Source of the DNA: Mytilus californianus
Lineage: Eukaryota
Reading direction: 5' to 3'
DNA: 64,000 nucleotides
Assembly: GCF_021869535.1 (NCBI RefSeq)
Contig: NW_026262734.1
Span: 6,014,001 to 6,078,000 of the forward strand
Shown in pieces: positions 38,487-52,500 of the stretch. The number at the start of each line of letters is the position of its first letter. Position 1 is the first letter of the stretch. The notes below the pieces were generated by a model, which saw nothing but the letters and a program-made list of their open reading frames with translations, made no database searches and was not told where the DNA came from. The translations under genes were made by a program, and so were the position numbers.

Positions 38487-39469
38487 TGTTTTTTTATTTA
38501 AAGCGGGTAAACACAGTTAGTTACAACAAACTAATCTTCCCTGAGGCCCTCAACGAATCAACTATGGTGCAAGGAACTTTAAACAGACAACCACTGGATA
38601 ATGTGGGAGTTAAGGGCAGACATGACGCCAATGCAAACGCCCCCCCCCCCCCCTCATTTTACGATTGTCACATTAGAAGAATGTAATTGAAAAAAGGCGT
38701 TTTAAGTGCATGATAACTAGTCAAGATTTGTTCTGAGACGGTGTGACAATTGTAACTTACCAAAATTCATAAAGTATCTGACATGATAATAGAAAAAAGT
38801 TCTTCTTCTGTAAACAGCTGAACGCTAACTTATAATTGGTTTACATTAAATCCGCTTTGTATTAGTATATGACAAAATCTGACAGTTTTTTCTATCTTTC
38901 TATAAACTTGCTTTGGTTCCTGACAAGTTAACAAAAAAAGAAAATTAGTTGGATTTTATGCGTGAAAAGGTAGTGAGAAAATCTTAATGAAGTAAGAATT
39001 TACAAGGTCTAATGCATCACACATGTTCTTATTGCCCCCGATGATGATGTGACTATACTTTCGAATACAAGTCTGAACATTTGTTATATCGTCATTTAGT
39101 TAAAACCGAAATTTTCGAATCATACATGGTAATTGATGATGGCATACAGAACATGTTTCTAAAAGCAGTCCAGTCTACTAGTATTTGTAAATTAATCTTT
39201 AATATGTGAAATTAGTTTACCTACAAACTGAGCCATGACCATCAATATGGCATTATATACCTGTCACAAGTAAGAAACAAAGTCTTTTATTTCCTAGGTC
39301 TTATCGTATGCTCTAGAAGTGGAAAATCTGCGTGTTGATTGCAGTTTTTTGATTGATTCTATTTAATTTACTCTCAGCATTTTTTTAGATTTCAAGATTG
39401 ACATATCGTCTCAACAGTGTATATTGATGACATATCATACATACCTCATCTCCTTTTTTTATATTATCA

Positions 39470-40125
39470 TTGTATCCTGCAGTTAGAGCTTATCATCCCT
39501 GCCTATAGCCAATGCGTATCATTGTGTTCTGCAGTTAAAGCTAGTCATTCCATCCTGTAGCCAAAACTTATTGTATCCTGTAGTTAAAGCTATTTATGCC
39601 TACGGCCAAAACATATCATTGTATCCTGTAGTTAAAGGTAGTCATTCCTGCTTATAACCAAAGTTTATCCTTCTATCCTGTAGTCAAAGCTAGTCATTCT
39701 CGCCTGTAGCCAAAGCTTATCATTGTATCTTCTAGCTAAAGCTTGGAATTCTCTCTTGTAGCCAAAGTTTATCATGCTATCTTGTAGTCAAAGCTAGTCA
39801 TTCCTACTTATAGTCAAAGTTTATCATTATATCCTGTAGTCAAAGCTAGTCATTCCCGAATGTAGTCAAAGCTATTCATTCCAGTCAGTTATCAAAGCTA
39901 GTCATTCGTTCAGGTAGTCCAAGCTAGTCATGCGATCCTGTTTTCAAAGCTAGTCACTCCATCAGGTAGTCAAAGCTAGTCATGCCATCCTGTTTTCAAA
40001 GCTAGTCACTCCATCAGGTAGTCAAAGCTAGTCATGCCATCCTGTTTTCAAAGCTAGTCACTCCATCAGGTAGTCAAAGCTAGTCATGCCATCCTGTTTT
40101 CAAAGCTAGTCACTCCATCAGGTAG
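39470..40125. repeat. Tandem array of ~26-bp subunits (caaagctagtca core) in ~52-bp dimers
   Basis: Degenerate on the left, with 3-4 near-perfect 52-mers at ~39930-40125. Confidence 0.85.
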
Positions 40126-41853
40126 TTAAATAAATCATCATATCCATTAGTCAAAGCAAGGCATTTGTATTTCATGTCTCTATACTAGAGTCGTAATGAA
40201 GTCGAATCTAATCGTTTATAATAAATTGTACATATCTTTATAGATTGATATTTCAGTCGCATAGGAACTACAGTGTCAGTGATGTATTTGATTCAAAGTA
40301 TCTTATTGTTCGAATTAAACAAAGGGATTAGACAAAAGGCAAAGCCTTTATTAATCCTTTTCCATACAAGATAGATTGAAATAATATACCAGTTTTTATT
40401 AACCAGTTTAGTGCACTATGTACGAAAGTGCCTATTTGTTAAAATTGAAATTTCCCAAGAATCAAGACTTATCTTATTTTACCCAGTTGTTAAGTTAGTA
40501 ATTACATAATACATTCCATGATGTCTATCAATTTATTTAATAAATTTTGAGTTTTAAAATCCCGAATGATACAAATACAAATATTAACTAAAGAAGCCAA
40601 TGCCAAACATCACATGATATGTACACTTTTGGAACTCAAGGCAAACTATACCGGACACCGGGATATTTCAATCAGTTAGCCTAAATTGAGAATAGGCACT
40701 CTGGATTATACAAACTTCGGATTTTTGTGAACTTTTTTCATCTTGGATTTTGTGAACTTTAGACAATAGGCCAGATGATTTGCATAAAATTTATATTTGT
40801 ATATAGTGCCTGTTTATCTTTTAATTTTGAGTAAATATAATTATATATAAAAAATACAAATAATATTTTGTAAGTCGCATCTTTTGTGTCATTTTTTTTT
40901 TAATCGTGACATTATCACAAATATAAAAATCTTCTGAGGAAGTAAAATTCCACCCACAGCTAGGATTACTATACATCTACCGGTCCCAGCCTCCATGAAT
41001 GTAATAAAAAGTTATATTTCACACCCAGTTTCTTTATGTAATGTTGTTTATAATAAGTGTTACTGTATGGATCGGTCTTTAAATCTTTCCTTTTGGTTTA
41101 ATAGACGTATTACTTTAAGTTTCATTATACTATTGTTTCTGTTCAATAACTGCGTCTGATAGTTTTGGGGATGAAGATCAATTCATTTCTTCATAGTTTG
41201 AAGAAAGACATAAATGTTACGTTTGCTTAAGCTGTGTTGAAATCATGTACAGATTTGTTATGGTCATTGCACAATATCAGGTCAACTTTATACTGTTTAT
41301 GACGTTGATGTATGAAATCTTCTTGAAGTACAGCCACCGATATTAGAGTTTATCGTACTTCTCTTCGCTTATATTATAATGTTACTCAGTCGCTACGTAA
41401 TTCTCATATCACGTGAGGAGAACTTATCATCGACGTCACAATATGACAGCAGAACATATCTTAGCTTTCGTTCGGACAACCAAGCGAAAAACTGTCTAAG
41501 GGCAAGAGAAAAATCCAGAAATGCTTATCTGCGTATCATATATATCCTAAAATATTAGTCGCTCCATACAATGCGAAGTTTCATTTGTCCTTCGCTGCAT
41601 TCACTCTCCAAAATGGTATTTTACGATATCAAAGTGCAGGAAAACCGATAATGTATACGTAGGACGCTTGGTTTATTATAAAGATACAATGAGACCGAAT
41701 CTGAATTTAAATCATTTTGAATGCATTAACCACAAATAATTATAGGTTAATACGAAGATTTTGATCGCGAAAAAAAAAAACGAAATCGTGCGAACTGCCA
41801 CTCCACGAACTACACATGTTGAACTGAAATCTATCCGTAATTTCCAAAGTAAA

Positions 41854-42066
41854 GATTGATTGATTGATTGTTGGTGTTATAACGCCACTTTTAATCGCCA
41901 CATTTGGGCTATTTCGTGGCGGCCAGTTTTTATTTTATTGGTGGGGGAAGCCGGAGTACCCGGAGAAAACCACCGGCCTTCGATAGGAAAACTGACAACC
42001 CTAGTCAATTAAGATTGGAGTCGAGTGCACCCGCACGAGCGGGGTTCGAACTCACAAACTCAGTAT
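41854..42066 (-). mobile_element. 5'-truncated copy of the tRNA-derived SINE
   Basis: Matches 8341-8560 and keeps the B box gagttcgaaccc. Confidence 0.8.
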
Positions 42067-42779
42067 TGTTCCCCCCCCCCCAAAAAAAAGGTAAAGAATA
42101 CTTAGACTAATGTAATAATGTTACTGAAATTTTAGAAAGGTAAATAAATTTAATTTAATACATACAGTTCAATTCTCAATGCTAAAAAAATGTTAAAATT
42201 ACATGCAATATTCCCAGTTTTAACGATTAATTCTAACCGAAGAAAATATATGATAACAAAACTATGTTATTTACTAGATAGTTTGGTAGAAATTGTATTT
42301 ATATGAGCTGGTCAGGGAACCGATCGATTTATTTCATACAGCAGTAGTGAAACTTGCTTGAAATATAAACAACTATTTCAATTTTATGAATTAAAAGTGT
42401 AGCAATTTTTAGCGAGAGGTGTATGACAGATTTAATAGATAAAAACTTATAAATAATTGAAATTTATTATTTCATAAACTGTACCCTATTTGTCACGATT
42501 TATAAAGCCGGGAATTGTATATAGAAGAGACATCCTAACTATGTTAATGTAGTGTTGTTTGAAGGCGATTTATCCCATTTGTGCTAACTGTGCTACCCAT
42601 TTGAAATAAAGTATTTATCTTCACTCACTTACATAATATGTTGTTTATCAAAAAAGAAGAAAACAATACAATACAAACAGCCGGAAAACAAAAATCTAGC
42701 CATTTTCCGGATTTAATTCTTTTCCGGAAACCGTATGACATGATATAATTTTAGATTCTTACTACGCTTGCGCACTCAA

Positions 42780-42801
42780 GTAAACATTGATGTTGCTAAG
42801 G
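42780..42801 (+). promoter_or_regulatory. Forkhead (FoxJ1-type) GTAAACA plus RFX half X-box GTTGCTAAGG upstream of CFAP251
   Basis: Motifs at 42780-42786 and 42792-42801, about 90-105 nt upstream of the ATG. RFX and FoxJ1 are the established regulators of motile-cilia genes. Confidence 0.5.
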
Positions 42802-42886
42802 CCGAAACAGTTAGAATTGGTTAATCTTTATTGGTCTTTACTACCTTTATTTACAGTTTTATTGAACTAATCAGCATAGCTTCGAT

Positions 42887-43552
42887 ATGGCTGATGCTGA
42901 CAAAGAAATTCCGACACAGGAAGAAATTGTAAGTGACCAAAAGGAATCTGTGCAAACACCACAGACAGATGCACAAAACGTTAATGAAAATGCTGCAAAC
43001 GGTGGTGACAAGCCTCAAGATGATGAAGAACAAAAAGATCAATCACTAGAGAAAGTAGGTACGTCAGAAGAACAGAAAGAAGATGATCAGGAAACATCTG
43101 AGACAAAAGAGGAGAAAACCAGTGAATCTGTACCCCAAAATGATGAGCAAAAGCAAGGAGATGATGCTCAACCAGAACAGACAACTGTACAGGAGCAAGA
43201 CACAGAGGAACCTAAACAACAAGAAACAAAGCCAGAGGAATCACAACCACAAGAAACAACAGAGGAACAAGAACCACAGGAAACAACTACAGAATCTCAT
43301 CCACAAGAAGAAACAACTGACACTGCTGCACCAACTGAATCACAAACATTAGGAAATCAAACTCAAAGCACAAGACCTTCGTCTGCAAGTAAAAAAGTTC
43401 CTTCACCACCTCCCCCAACAGAAACTGGCAAAACTGCCAGTATTGCAGATACAAAGACTATTGACACAGTTGTTATACCAGAAGCACCAAAAATTCCATC
43501 ACCAGACAGGCCACAGTCAGAACTAGAAGAAAAAATTGCCACAACTGCTTTG
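42887..43552 (+). CDS. CFAP251: CFAP251 exon 1 (acidic E/Q/T-rich low-complexity N-terminus)
   Basis: ATG...TTAL|gtatgc; phase 0. Confidence 0.9.
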
Positions 43553-46500
43553 GTATGCTATTGCATCCTCATAATTTTAAAAATTATCATTATTTGACAT
43601 CACAGTCATTCCTGTTAAATTTTGACGTACGTCTCAAAAGAAAGTAATTGTTGTATAATGTCAATAGTTCAAGTCAATTAAAGTGTCACAAATAGTAATA
43701 AGGTGTTATCAGAACAATATAAATCACACTAAACCATGCTAAAATAAGAATTAAGGTATCCTAAGCATACATGTAATTCTGATAAGGATGTCCTAAATAT
43801 TAAACAAATTTAACATGTAAGATTATGGGCTACAATGTGATAACTGTCAACTGGACTCGTCTTTAACTGAATTTGTGACAGAAAAAAAGTAGCTTTTAGG
43901 TATGCCAAGCTTAAAGTACAACATACTTACATTTCTCTTAATTTTGAAGACATGTAATGATGTTAGAGTAAAATTGACTTAATTCTTGCGATGGACACGT
44001 TCAAAAGTATTACTGTGATACACATCATTATATCTTATTAGATCACTATCACACTGTGAAATGAATTTATCTTCCCAATTGTCTTCACACTGGGAAATCA
44101 CAATTTTAACACGACATTAAACAGAACATTCAATTATTTACAGTGTGAAAGTCAGCATCTTTAAGACATGTTATTGTCTAAAAGCATGAAAAAAATATGA
44201 TTATGTATTATGTTTACAATGTATGCTAATATGGAAACAACACCATTTTAAAAAATTTTTGAAGGAAGATAACTCTACCACTAAACGTGTATTTAAAATA
44301 AACCACGGCCACTGACAGTGTATTTAAAATAAAACACACCCATTGACCTAATATTAAATATACTCGGTTCCCACATGTTCACTTTTAACCAATGATATTC
44401 CTAGAAGTGTATACAAGGTAAGATAAATTTGAAGATTATATGGTTGCATTAGTACTTATAATTCTTTTTTTCAGAATATTGTATGGTCGTTTGGATTAAA
44501 CAGAAATATCCAAGTGTTGAATTTGACAGATGATAATCGTAAACTGATAATGTATGCCTGTGCTCATGTTGGTGTACTGTTTGATTTTGAGAATAATAGA
44601 CAGCATATATTACAAGGACATGTAAGTGTTATTTCTAAAGGAATCACATTACTGGCACTAGATTTCCTTTTTTGAACAGCAAAACATCTGAACATAATAC
44701 TACTATGAAAATATTTCTGTAATCTCATTATAATTATATTAACCATGAAAAAAAAAGAATTTATAAAAAAAATGAATAATTATATATATATATTAAAAAC
44801 CAATTGTTCAGAGAACAATTGAAGGTCTTTCCACAAAAAAACATATATTTTAATATGAAAATAGTAAAATTCGTTTTAAAATGTCATTTCCAGCTTCAAA
44901 TGATAGCTTATTGTACGCTGATTCCAAAAATATATGGTTTCTATACAATATTTTTTAAATAAGGGAGATAATTTGTTACTTCCGGTTTGAAAAATGTTAC
45001 TTCCGGTATCATTCAAACGTTTAATTAACACTGATACCAAAAATATCTGGTTCTATAAACTTTTACATTAATTAAATACAGAAAAAAGCTACTTCCGGTT
45101 TACACAAGGTCACTTCTGGTTGGCTTTTCTAAGGTTAAATGGCTTGAAACCTAATGCAAAAAGTCCCATGGATTTATCATGTATACATATGAGGTAAAAG
45201 CAAAGGTCAAAATCTAGAACGTCAATTTAACCTATGACCTTGAGCTCAATTTCAAGGTCATCAACCAAGGACCTAAAATCAAAAGACCCTAGGACTTAAT
45301 TATATTTGGTTCATGAGTTATATCACCATATGCATATTTTTAAATAAAAGAGGGGAGAAAACTCTAATTTAATATAAGCGTACCCTTTAAACCGATATAT
45401 ATGTATGTGTTACGACATGTCGCAACTATCAATTAAGTAAAAATATGTTGTCGATATCTTATATCGTGTTTGAAAAGAGGTGAAAATAAGCCAAAATCCC
45501 AAATTTAAAAATGACTTTGACCTTGACCCTATTTTCTTTTTTTTGGACCAAGGACCTCAAATCAAAAGACCCTAGGTCCCTATATATCACTTATGGTTTA
45601 CAAATTACAATTACATTTTACTTATTTTAAATACAGAAGGGGAAATAACTCTCATATGGAGTTTCTGGACCGCTTCGGTCAAAATTATTCTTAAGATCCT
45701 GAGGATATAACGAACAAATTGGAGACATAAATTTGTCATAATCTTTTACGGTTGCGAAGGAGATGCGTACACAAGAAAAACAGTGTTTGGGGAGATGACT
45801 CTTACAAAAAAAAAGTATTCGGCTAAACAGGGTCAGTTTCAAAATCGTAATAACTGTTCGATATCATACACAAAAATTCTAAGTGACATCTTGCGAAGCA
45901 AAAAAGCACCGTCAGAAAAAAGTGGCGGAAGAAGAAAAAAATAATAATAATCAGAAGAAGAAAACCAATAGGTCTTTCCACAGAAAAGTGGAAAAACTTA
46001 TAAACTTATACCTAACACAATACCATTTTTACCTTTTATGGATTCACATACATGTATATGATTCTAATATATCTATAATACATTAGGTTCTTTAGGGGCA
46101 TCTTTTTATTTTCCAATTCTCAAAGCAACACATAAATGAATTGCTGACATCAATAAATTAATTTTAGGTAGGTTTTTTTTATTGAAAATTGTAGATTCCT
46201 TATAATTGACCCAAACAAGTGATGTTTGGTGACATACATTAGCTACATGTAGTACCATCATCCTGTATTATGATACACATATATATGTATGTAAATATTT
46301 AAACCAAACAGGAATAGCAGGATACTAAAATTTAGTTAGTGTACATTGTACTATAGAGTATGTATACTAGATATAATATGCTTTTCAATTCCTTTTTTCA
46401 GTCAAACCCCTTGACCTGTACATGTGTAAGTGAAGATAAAAGATGGTTAGCTACAGGAGACAAGGGAGTGGACAGTATGGTCATTATCTGGGACACTTAT

Positions 46501-49500
46501 ACCGGGTAAATAACAGCAATTTTGCCTATGCTTTTTACATCATGTAAATTTGTTGTTACAATATCTAAAGACTTGTTTAACCAATTTGGCCATTTTCCAA
46601 TATTGATGTATTAAAAAACATTCTAAATGCAAAAATATCTTGCTTTACCATTGAAATATTTCTATCAAACTATTACATTACGTTAAGCAATCAGCAACGA
46701 ATCAAACTAGTACAGTTATGTCAGTGAAGAAAATAGAACCTTTAGAGTTATTTCCCTTTGTCATAAAAAATTTCATTTGTTTTTTTGTAGAGGGTATTTT
46801 AAAAAAAAAAATCTTGTTACGACAAATTGAATAAGATTGGACTCAGTATTACATGTTTCATCATGAATTATTTATTTATTGAATATTGTTTTTAACTTAA
46901 ACGTTACATGAAAGACATTACCAGAAATTGTGACTGTCCCTTGTATTATCTGATAGATGCTAAGCCTAAAAAGAATATGATTATAACAAACTTTAAGTTG
47001 TCAGTAATATGACTAAGACTTGTTATCGTAATATCTCTCTTAAACTTGAAATCATTATACGTTTATTGCAGAATTCCAGTACAAACAATATTTAACAATG
47101 ATCAAGAAGGTGGAGTTGTTGCTATGGCAATGACCCCTGATGCTCGGTACCTAGCAACATTGAGTTCAGGCCCTACTCAGGTAAAATTATTGATTTTTTT
47201 CACTTAAATTTAAATTCTTTTGTCTGCCTGTATTTTAATCTGTAATCAACACTGCCCTGAAAACTACTGCATGGAGTTCATCATGCTTAAACTTGTCTGT
47301 GTTAATAATTTAGTGCAGTTAAAAGTGCAATAATTCTTTAATACCCTACCTATGATAGAAGGAGGCTTGATGTGTTTCCACCGGTCTTGTCTGTTAGTCC
47401 ATCTTTTCCGTATCAGACTTTAATTTTTGTTTACGGTAATTTTCCATGAAGTTGCATTCACATCAACTTGAAACTTAGTGCACATGTTCATTATGATACA
47501 AACTTGTAAGGTTTTTTCAGTCATTGCAGATTGAAATGTGATGGGGTGAGCAGGGCATGATGTCATATCTTGTTTTTCAATTTACATTATAAGTATCCTC
47601 ATGTAAACTAAAGTATCTCAAAAAGCATTTGAATTATCAGACAGTCTGCTGAAATAGTAATTATTGGTATAAGTTTTATCCCTGACTGTGTAATAAAATA
47701 AATTGCAAAAAAAGTGAAAAAAAATCAATATGTTGACACCCGTCTTATCTGACATTTAATTTTCAAAACATTATAAATAGAGTTTTCAATATTTTTTTCT
47801 TCACTCAAATAAACACACATTGCCATATCAGCTCACTACATTATAGCTGGTTTTGGTATTGACCTCTGTCCTTCTATTATAATTTGACAAACAAAGAAGA
47901 GATATATTGAACATTCTTTTTTTGAGAATTTAGATATGCCTACATTAATTGAGCCTTCTTGTTTCAGGTTTTGTCAATATGGAATTGGACTGTAGATGGG
48001 GAATCCCCTATGTGTACAGCCGAGTTGAACCCTAAGTTTGGATTACAGAATTTTATTTTATTTAATCCTGATGATATACACTATCTGGTGACGAACAGTG
48101 AATCACAAGTCATATTTTATCATTGGGTAAGTGAGAATTACATCCTATCTATAAAGAAAATTGAAGTTTTACTAGAATACAATGCATGCCAACAGGACAC
48201 ATGCCAGGTTATTATTGACAACTATCTTATAAACAAATCAAACCAGGAATAAAACATAAAAAAACAGAACAGAATATTAACAGTGGGTCAATGTTAGATG
48301 TCATTTGTGTTTTTTATTGGCCAAAACATCAATGTCATTATATTCATAATTTGAAAAACAATTTTGGCAAGTTGATATTTCACTGCTTGGTAAAATATGC
48401 TCTCCAAAATTCTGATAAATATATAAAGAGTTCTGAACTACATTAACTGACAGAAACTGGATAATCAATAATTAATTTCAGTTCTCAATCAATTAATTAA
48501 AATTAGTTTGGTTGTGTTGTCTCATTGGCACATACCCCGCATCTTGTTTTCATACGTACAGTGAATGTTTTATTATAGAATGATGGACACATGGAATACT
48601 ATGCTCCACCTCTGACTGACCAGGATTTCAACAAACAGGTTGGAAGATACAGCCAGTCTATTTTCCAGAGAAACAGCTCTCGAGTTTTGACAGCTACACA
48701 TATTGGGAACCTTGTAGTCTGGGACAACAATAAACCTCTCACTAAGTGTAGGTTGAATTTAACATATGAAAATATTGAATGTGATGGAGTTAAGTATCTG
48801 CAATGACCACAGTATAACATTGGAAATACAAATTTGTGTGAACCTAAAGTTATTTGCAAAGGAAATTATATATGCATATGCTATGTATATTTGACACTGT
48901 TCTGGACAAACTATATAAATAATAAAAGTTTGTGTTCCTGTTTCGCAATACTTTACAATTGGCATTACATGTAGCTATGTTTAAACTGGAAACATTTAAT
49001 AGTTTTGAAAACAGTTTTTTATTGTATCATTGTCAAAATATTTTTACCAATTAGGTATAAATGATCATCTCGAAGTAAAAAGCAATATTATAAGTCTTTA
49101 ATAACGTTTGTAGTTTCAGAAAAAATATAGGCTGACACTTTATCCTTAAAAGCTTTTAACAGAAATGTAGGAGATTTATTTCTCATGGGTCAAAATTTAT
49201 TTGTTGGATTTGCTTGTACTGAAGTTGCAAATGGCCTTTTTCTGGAATATGTGCTTTTGTCACTTTTTGTATTTTAGCTTGAAACTTCACTGTAGTGTGT
49301 TATACAAAGAATAATCATTTGGCTATTGATAATGAAATCTCACATTGAAGAATATTAAGTGTTAAATTGGAAAATTATTGTGCATGTATTTGGGGCCCAA
49401 ATGCTGACCGTGTCTAACCGTCTTGCCTTGCCCTTTGTATAATTAAGATTTGTTCTGCTTTATATTTTGTGTGTGGTTCAATGTACAGAATATAATTTGT

Positions 49501-52500
49501 TTATATAAAATATAAAAAATAAGGAGATGTGGTATGATTGCCAATGAGACAACTATCCACCAAAGTTCAAATGAAATGGGTGTAAGCAATTATAGGCAAC
49601 AATGAGAAAACCCATACCTTATATAGTTGTCTATAAAAGGCCCTGACATGAAAAATGGGAAACAATTCAATTGAGAAAACTAACAGCCTATAAATTTATA
49701 ACAAAACAATTTAAGAAAAACAAATATTACAGACATGAACCAACTACAATCACTGATCTACAGGCTCCTGATGCCCTTTATAAAGCTTTCATTGTGATTT
49801 ATTTTACAGTGGTGATCTCAGAACCATCTGCAGACAAGAAAGCATTAAAGATAATTAAGTTACAGGACAGGGGAATCAATGTATTGACAACCACTGATAA
49901 GTAAGTATTAAAGATAATGTCAGTCTGTCCATTGGAATTCTAGTCACATTTTTCTCAAGAATTGCAAATCAGAGCTTCCTGAAATTTTATACTAGCTTAA
50001 GCTTACTTTACCGTGTGATGTATTTTCACAGCCGGCCTGATACAACAATTAATGACCCGGCTTTTCTTTGTCCACTAATATAGTTCCTTTTTATTATAGT
50101 GTCTTTTTTCTTTATTTTTGTTCTTTGCCTTCCTGATTCATTTCTTAGTTTTTATAGAGTGGAAATGAAAGAAGAGAGTTGAAATAAATTTTTGGATGCA
50201 TTATTTTAACTATTCAGTAGTGGGAATGAATGATTAGGCCAGTTGCAAAAGGTAACATTTATAGTTTTCGGAACACCTCTTGACTTAAATGTCCATACCA
50301 GTATGGATGTGTTTTGGCTAAATTAATGACCTGCATAGAAGGGATTTTCCTAAAAGTTGGATATAATGTTGTGAGACTTGTACTGTACATTAACATATCA
50401 AAAATTTTGCAAATTTGCAGGTTAATTTTTTTTTATGTAAAAAAACGTTATAAAGAAATGATAAGGAAATTAATTGTGGTCTATGGCCAGAGCTCATTGT
50501 CTAGTTATTTAACTTATTATACATGTAATGATGTATATATATATGCGTACAAATAATGGTCATATATGAACTTTTTGTCACATTTCTTCAGGAACCACAA
50601 TGCAGAGCCTCATGATATTAGGTTTCAAGCTTCATGTAAGCATGTAATACCCTGTGATGTGTTTTGACATCCATTGCTCATAAATTTCCTGTTTACCAAA
50701 TTCTTAATAACAGGGTATTGTAGTAAGCAATAGGTCACAGTTCATCTTGTTTTTTTTATGCCTCCGCTGTAGGCAACAAGGGCATTAAGTGTTACCCTTG
50801 ACCTTCCATCCCATTTTCTGCACTCTAAACGTTAGTTTGCCTCATGCAAATTTTATGTAACTCATAAACAATACTAAGAACCACAACACGCAGACAGAGT
50901 TTGGATTTGGGTTGTGAGTCATTTACCGTTCTAGAGTTGTGCTCCTTTTTTAACTTGGAAAATTGCAAAGCATCTTTCGTTTATTTTTGTTTTTTTATGC
51001 CCCCACCGTAAGCGATGGGGGCATTAAGTATTACCCTTGACCTTCCGTGTTTCCGTCCGTCACATGTTTGTTTGTTTGAAGCTTGGGCGAGGTAATTCAT
51101 GTCCTAGGACACATTCTTCTTTTATTTTTTCCATTAATTGTGTTTGATACAAGTATCTTACATTTGATTTACCAGAGGTAAAGTCAGATTATACCATAAA
51201 TAGTTTTATAAGAATAATACTGTTGGTCCTGACGTTTTATGTAAATTGTTGTCTAACTATATTTTACAGGTTTATAGTGCTGGGAGATATGACTGGACAT
51301 GTCAAATTGTTATCTGACTCTATTTTACAGGTTTATATTGCTGGGAGATATGACTGGACATGTCAAATTGTTATCTGACTCTATTTTACAGGTTTATATT
51401 GCTGGGAGATATGACTGGACATGTCAAATTGTTATCTGACTCTATTTTACAGGTTTATATTGCTGGGAGATATGACTGGACATGTCAAATTGTTATCTGA
51501 CTCTATTTTACAGGTTTATATTGCTGGGAGATATGACTGGACATGTCAAATTGTTATCTGACTCTATTTTACAGGTTTATAGTGCTGGGTGATTGTTATG
51601 TGACTATATTTTACAGGTTTATAGTGCTGGGTGATTGTTATGTGACTATATTTTACAGGTTTATAGTGCTGGGTGATCTGGCTGGACATGTCAAATTATT
51701 ATCTGACTATATTTTACAGGTTTATAGTGCTGGGTGATCTGGCTGGACATGTCAAATTGTTATCTGACTATATTTTACAGGTTTATAGTTCTGGGTGATT
51801 GTTATCTGACTCTATTTTACAGGTTTATAGTGCTGGGTGATTGTTATGTGACTATATTTTACAGGTTTATAGTGCTGGGTGATCTGGCTGGACATGTCAA
51901 ATTATTATCTGACTATATTTTACAGGTTTATAGTGCTGGGTGATTGTTATGTGACTGACTATATTTTACAGGTTAATAGTGCTGGGTGATTGTTATCTGA
52001 CTATATTTTACAGGTTTATAGTGCTGGGTGATTGTTATCTGACTATATTTTACAGGTTTATAGTGCTGGGTGATTGTTATTTGACTATATTTTACAGGTT
52101 TATAGTGCTGGGTGATTGTTATCTGACTATATTTTACAGGTTTATAGTGCTGGGTGATTGTTATCTGACTATATTTTACAGGTTTATAGTGCTGGGTGTT
52201 TGTTATCTGACTATATTTTACAGGTTTATAGTGCTGGGTGATTGTTATGTGACTATATTTTACAGGTTTATAGTGCTGGGTGATATGGCTGGACATGTCA
52301 AATTCTTTGATCAAAGTCTCAAGCTGGTTCATTGGTAAGTAGATTTTGTCCATTACAAGTCTGTAAGATAAAAGATAGAATTTTTCTATTATTGAATTAA
52401 AATTGAGAATGGAAATGGGGAATATGCTATTGAGACAACAACCCGACCAAAGAGCAGACAACAGCAGAAGGCTGATGCACAAACTGTAAACCCATCTTTG

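Noticed and set aside
43553-43597. Hydrophobic C-terminal tail [14 protein letters not shown] on the 236-aa ORF (possible membrane anchor)
   Set aside because: It is read-through past the exon 1 donor at 43553. Splicing to exon 2 continues the CFAP251 frame.
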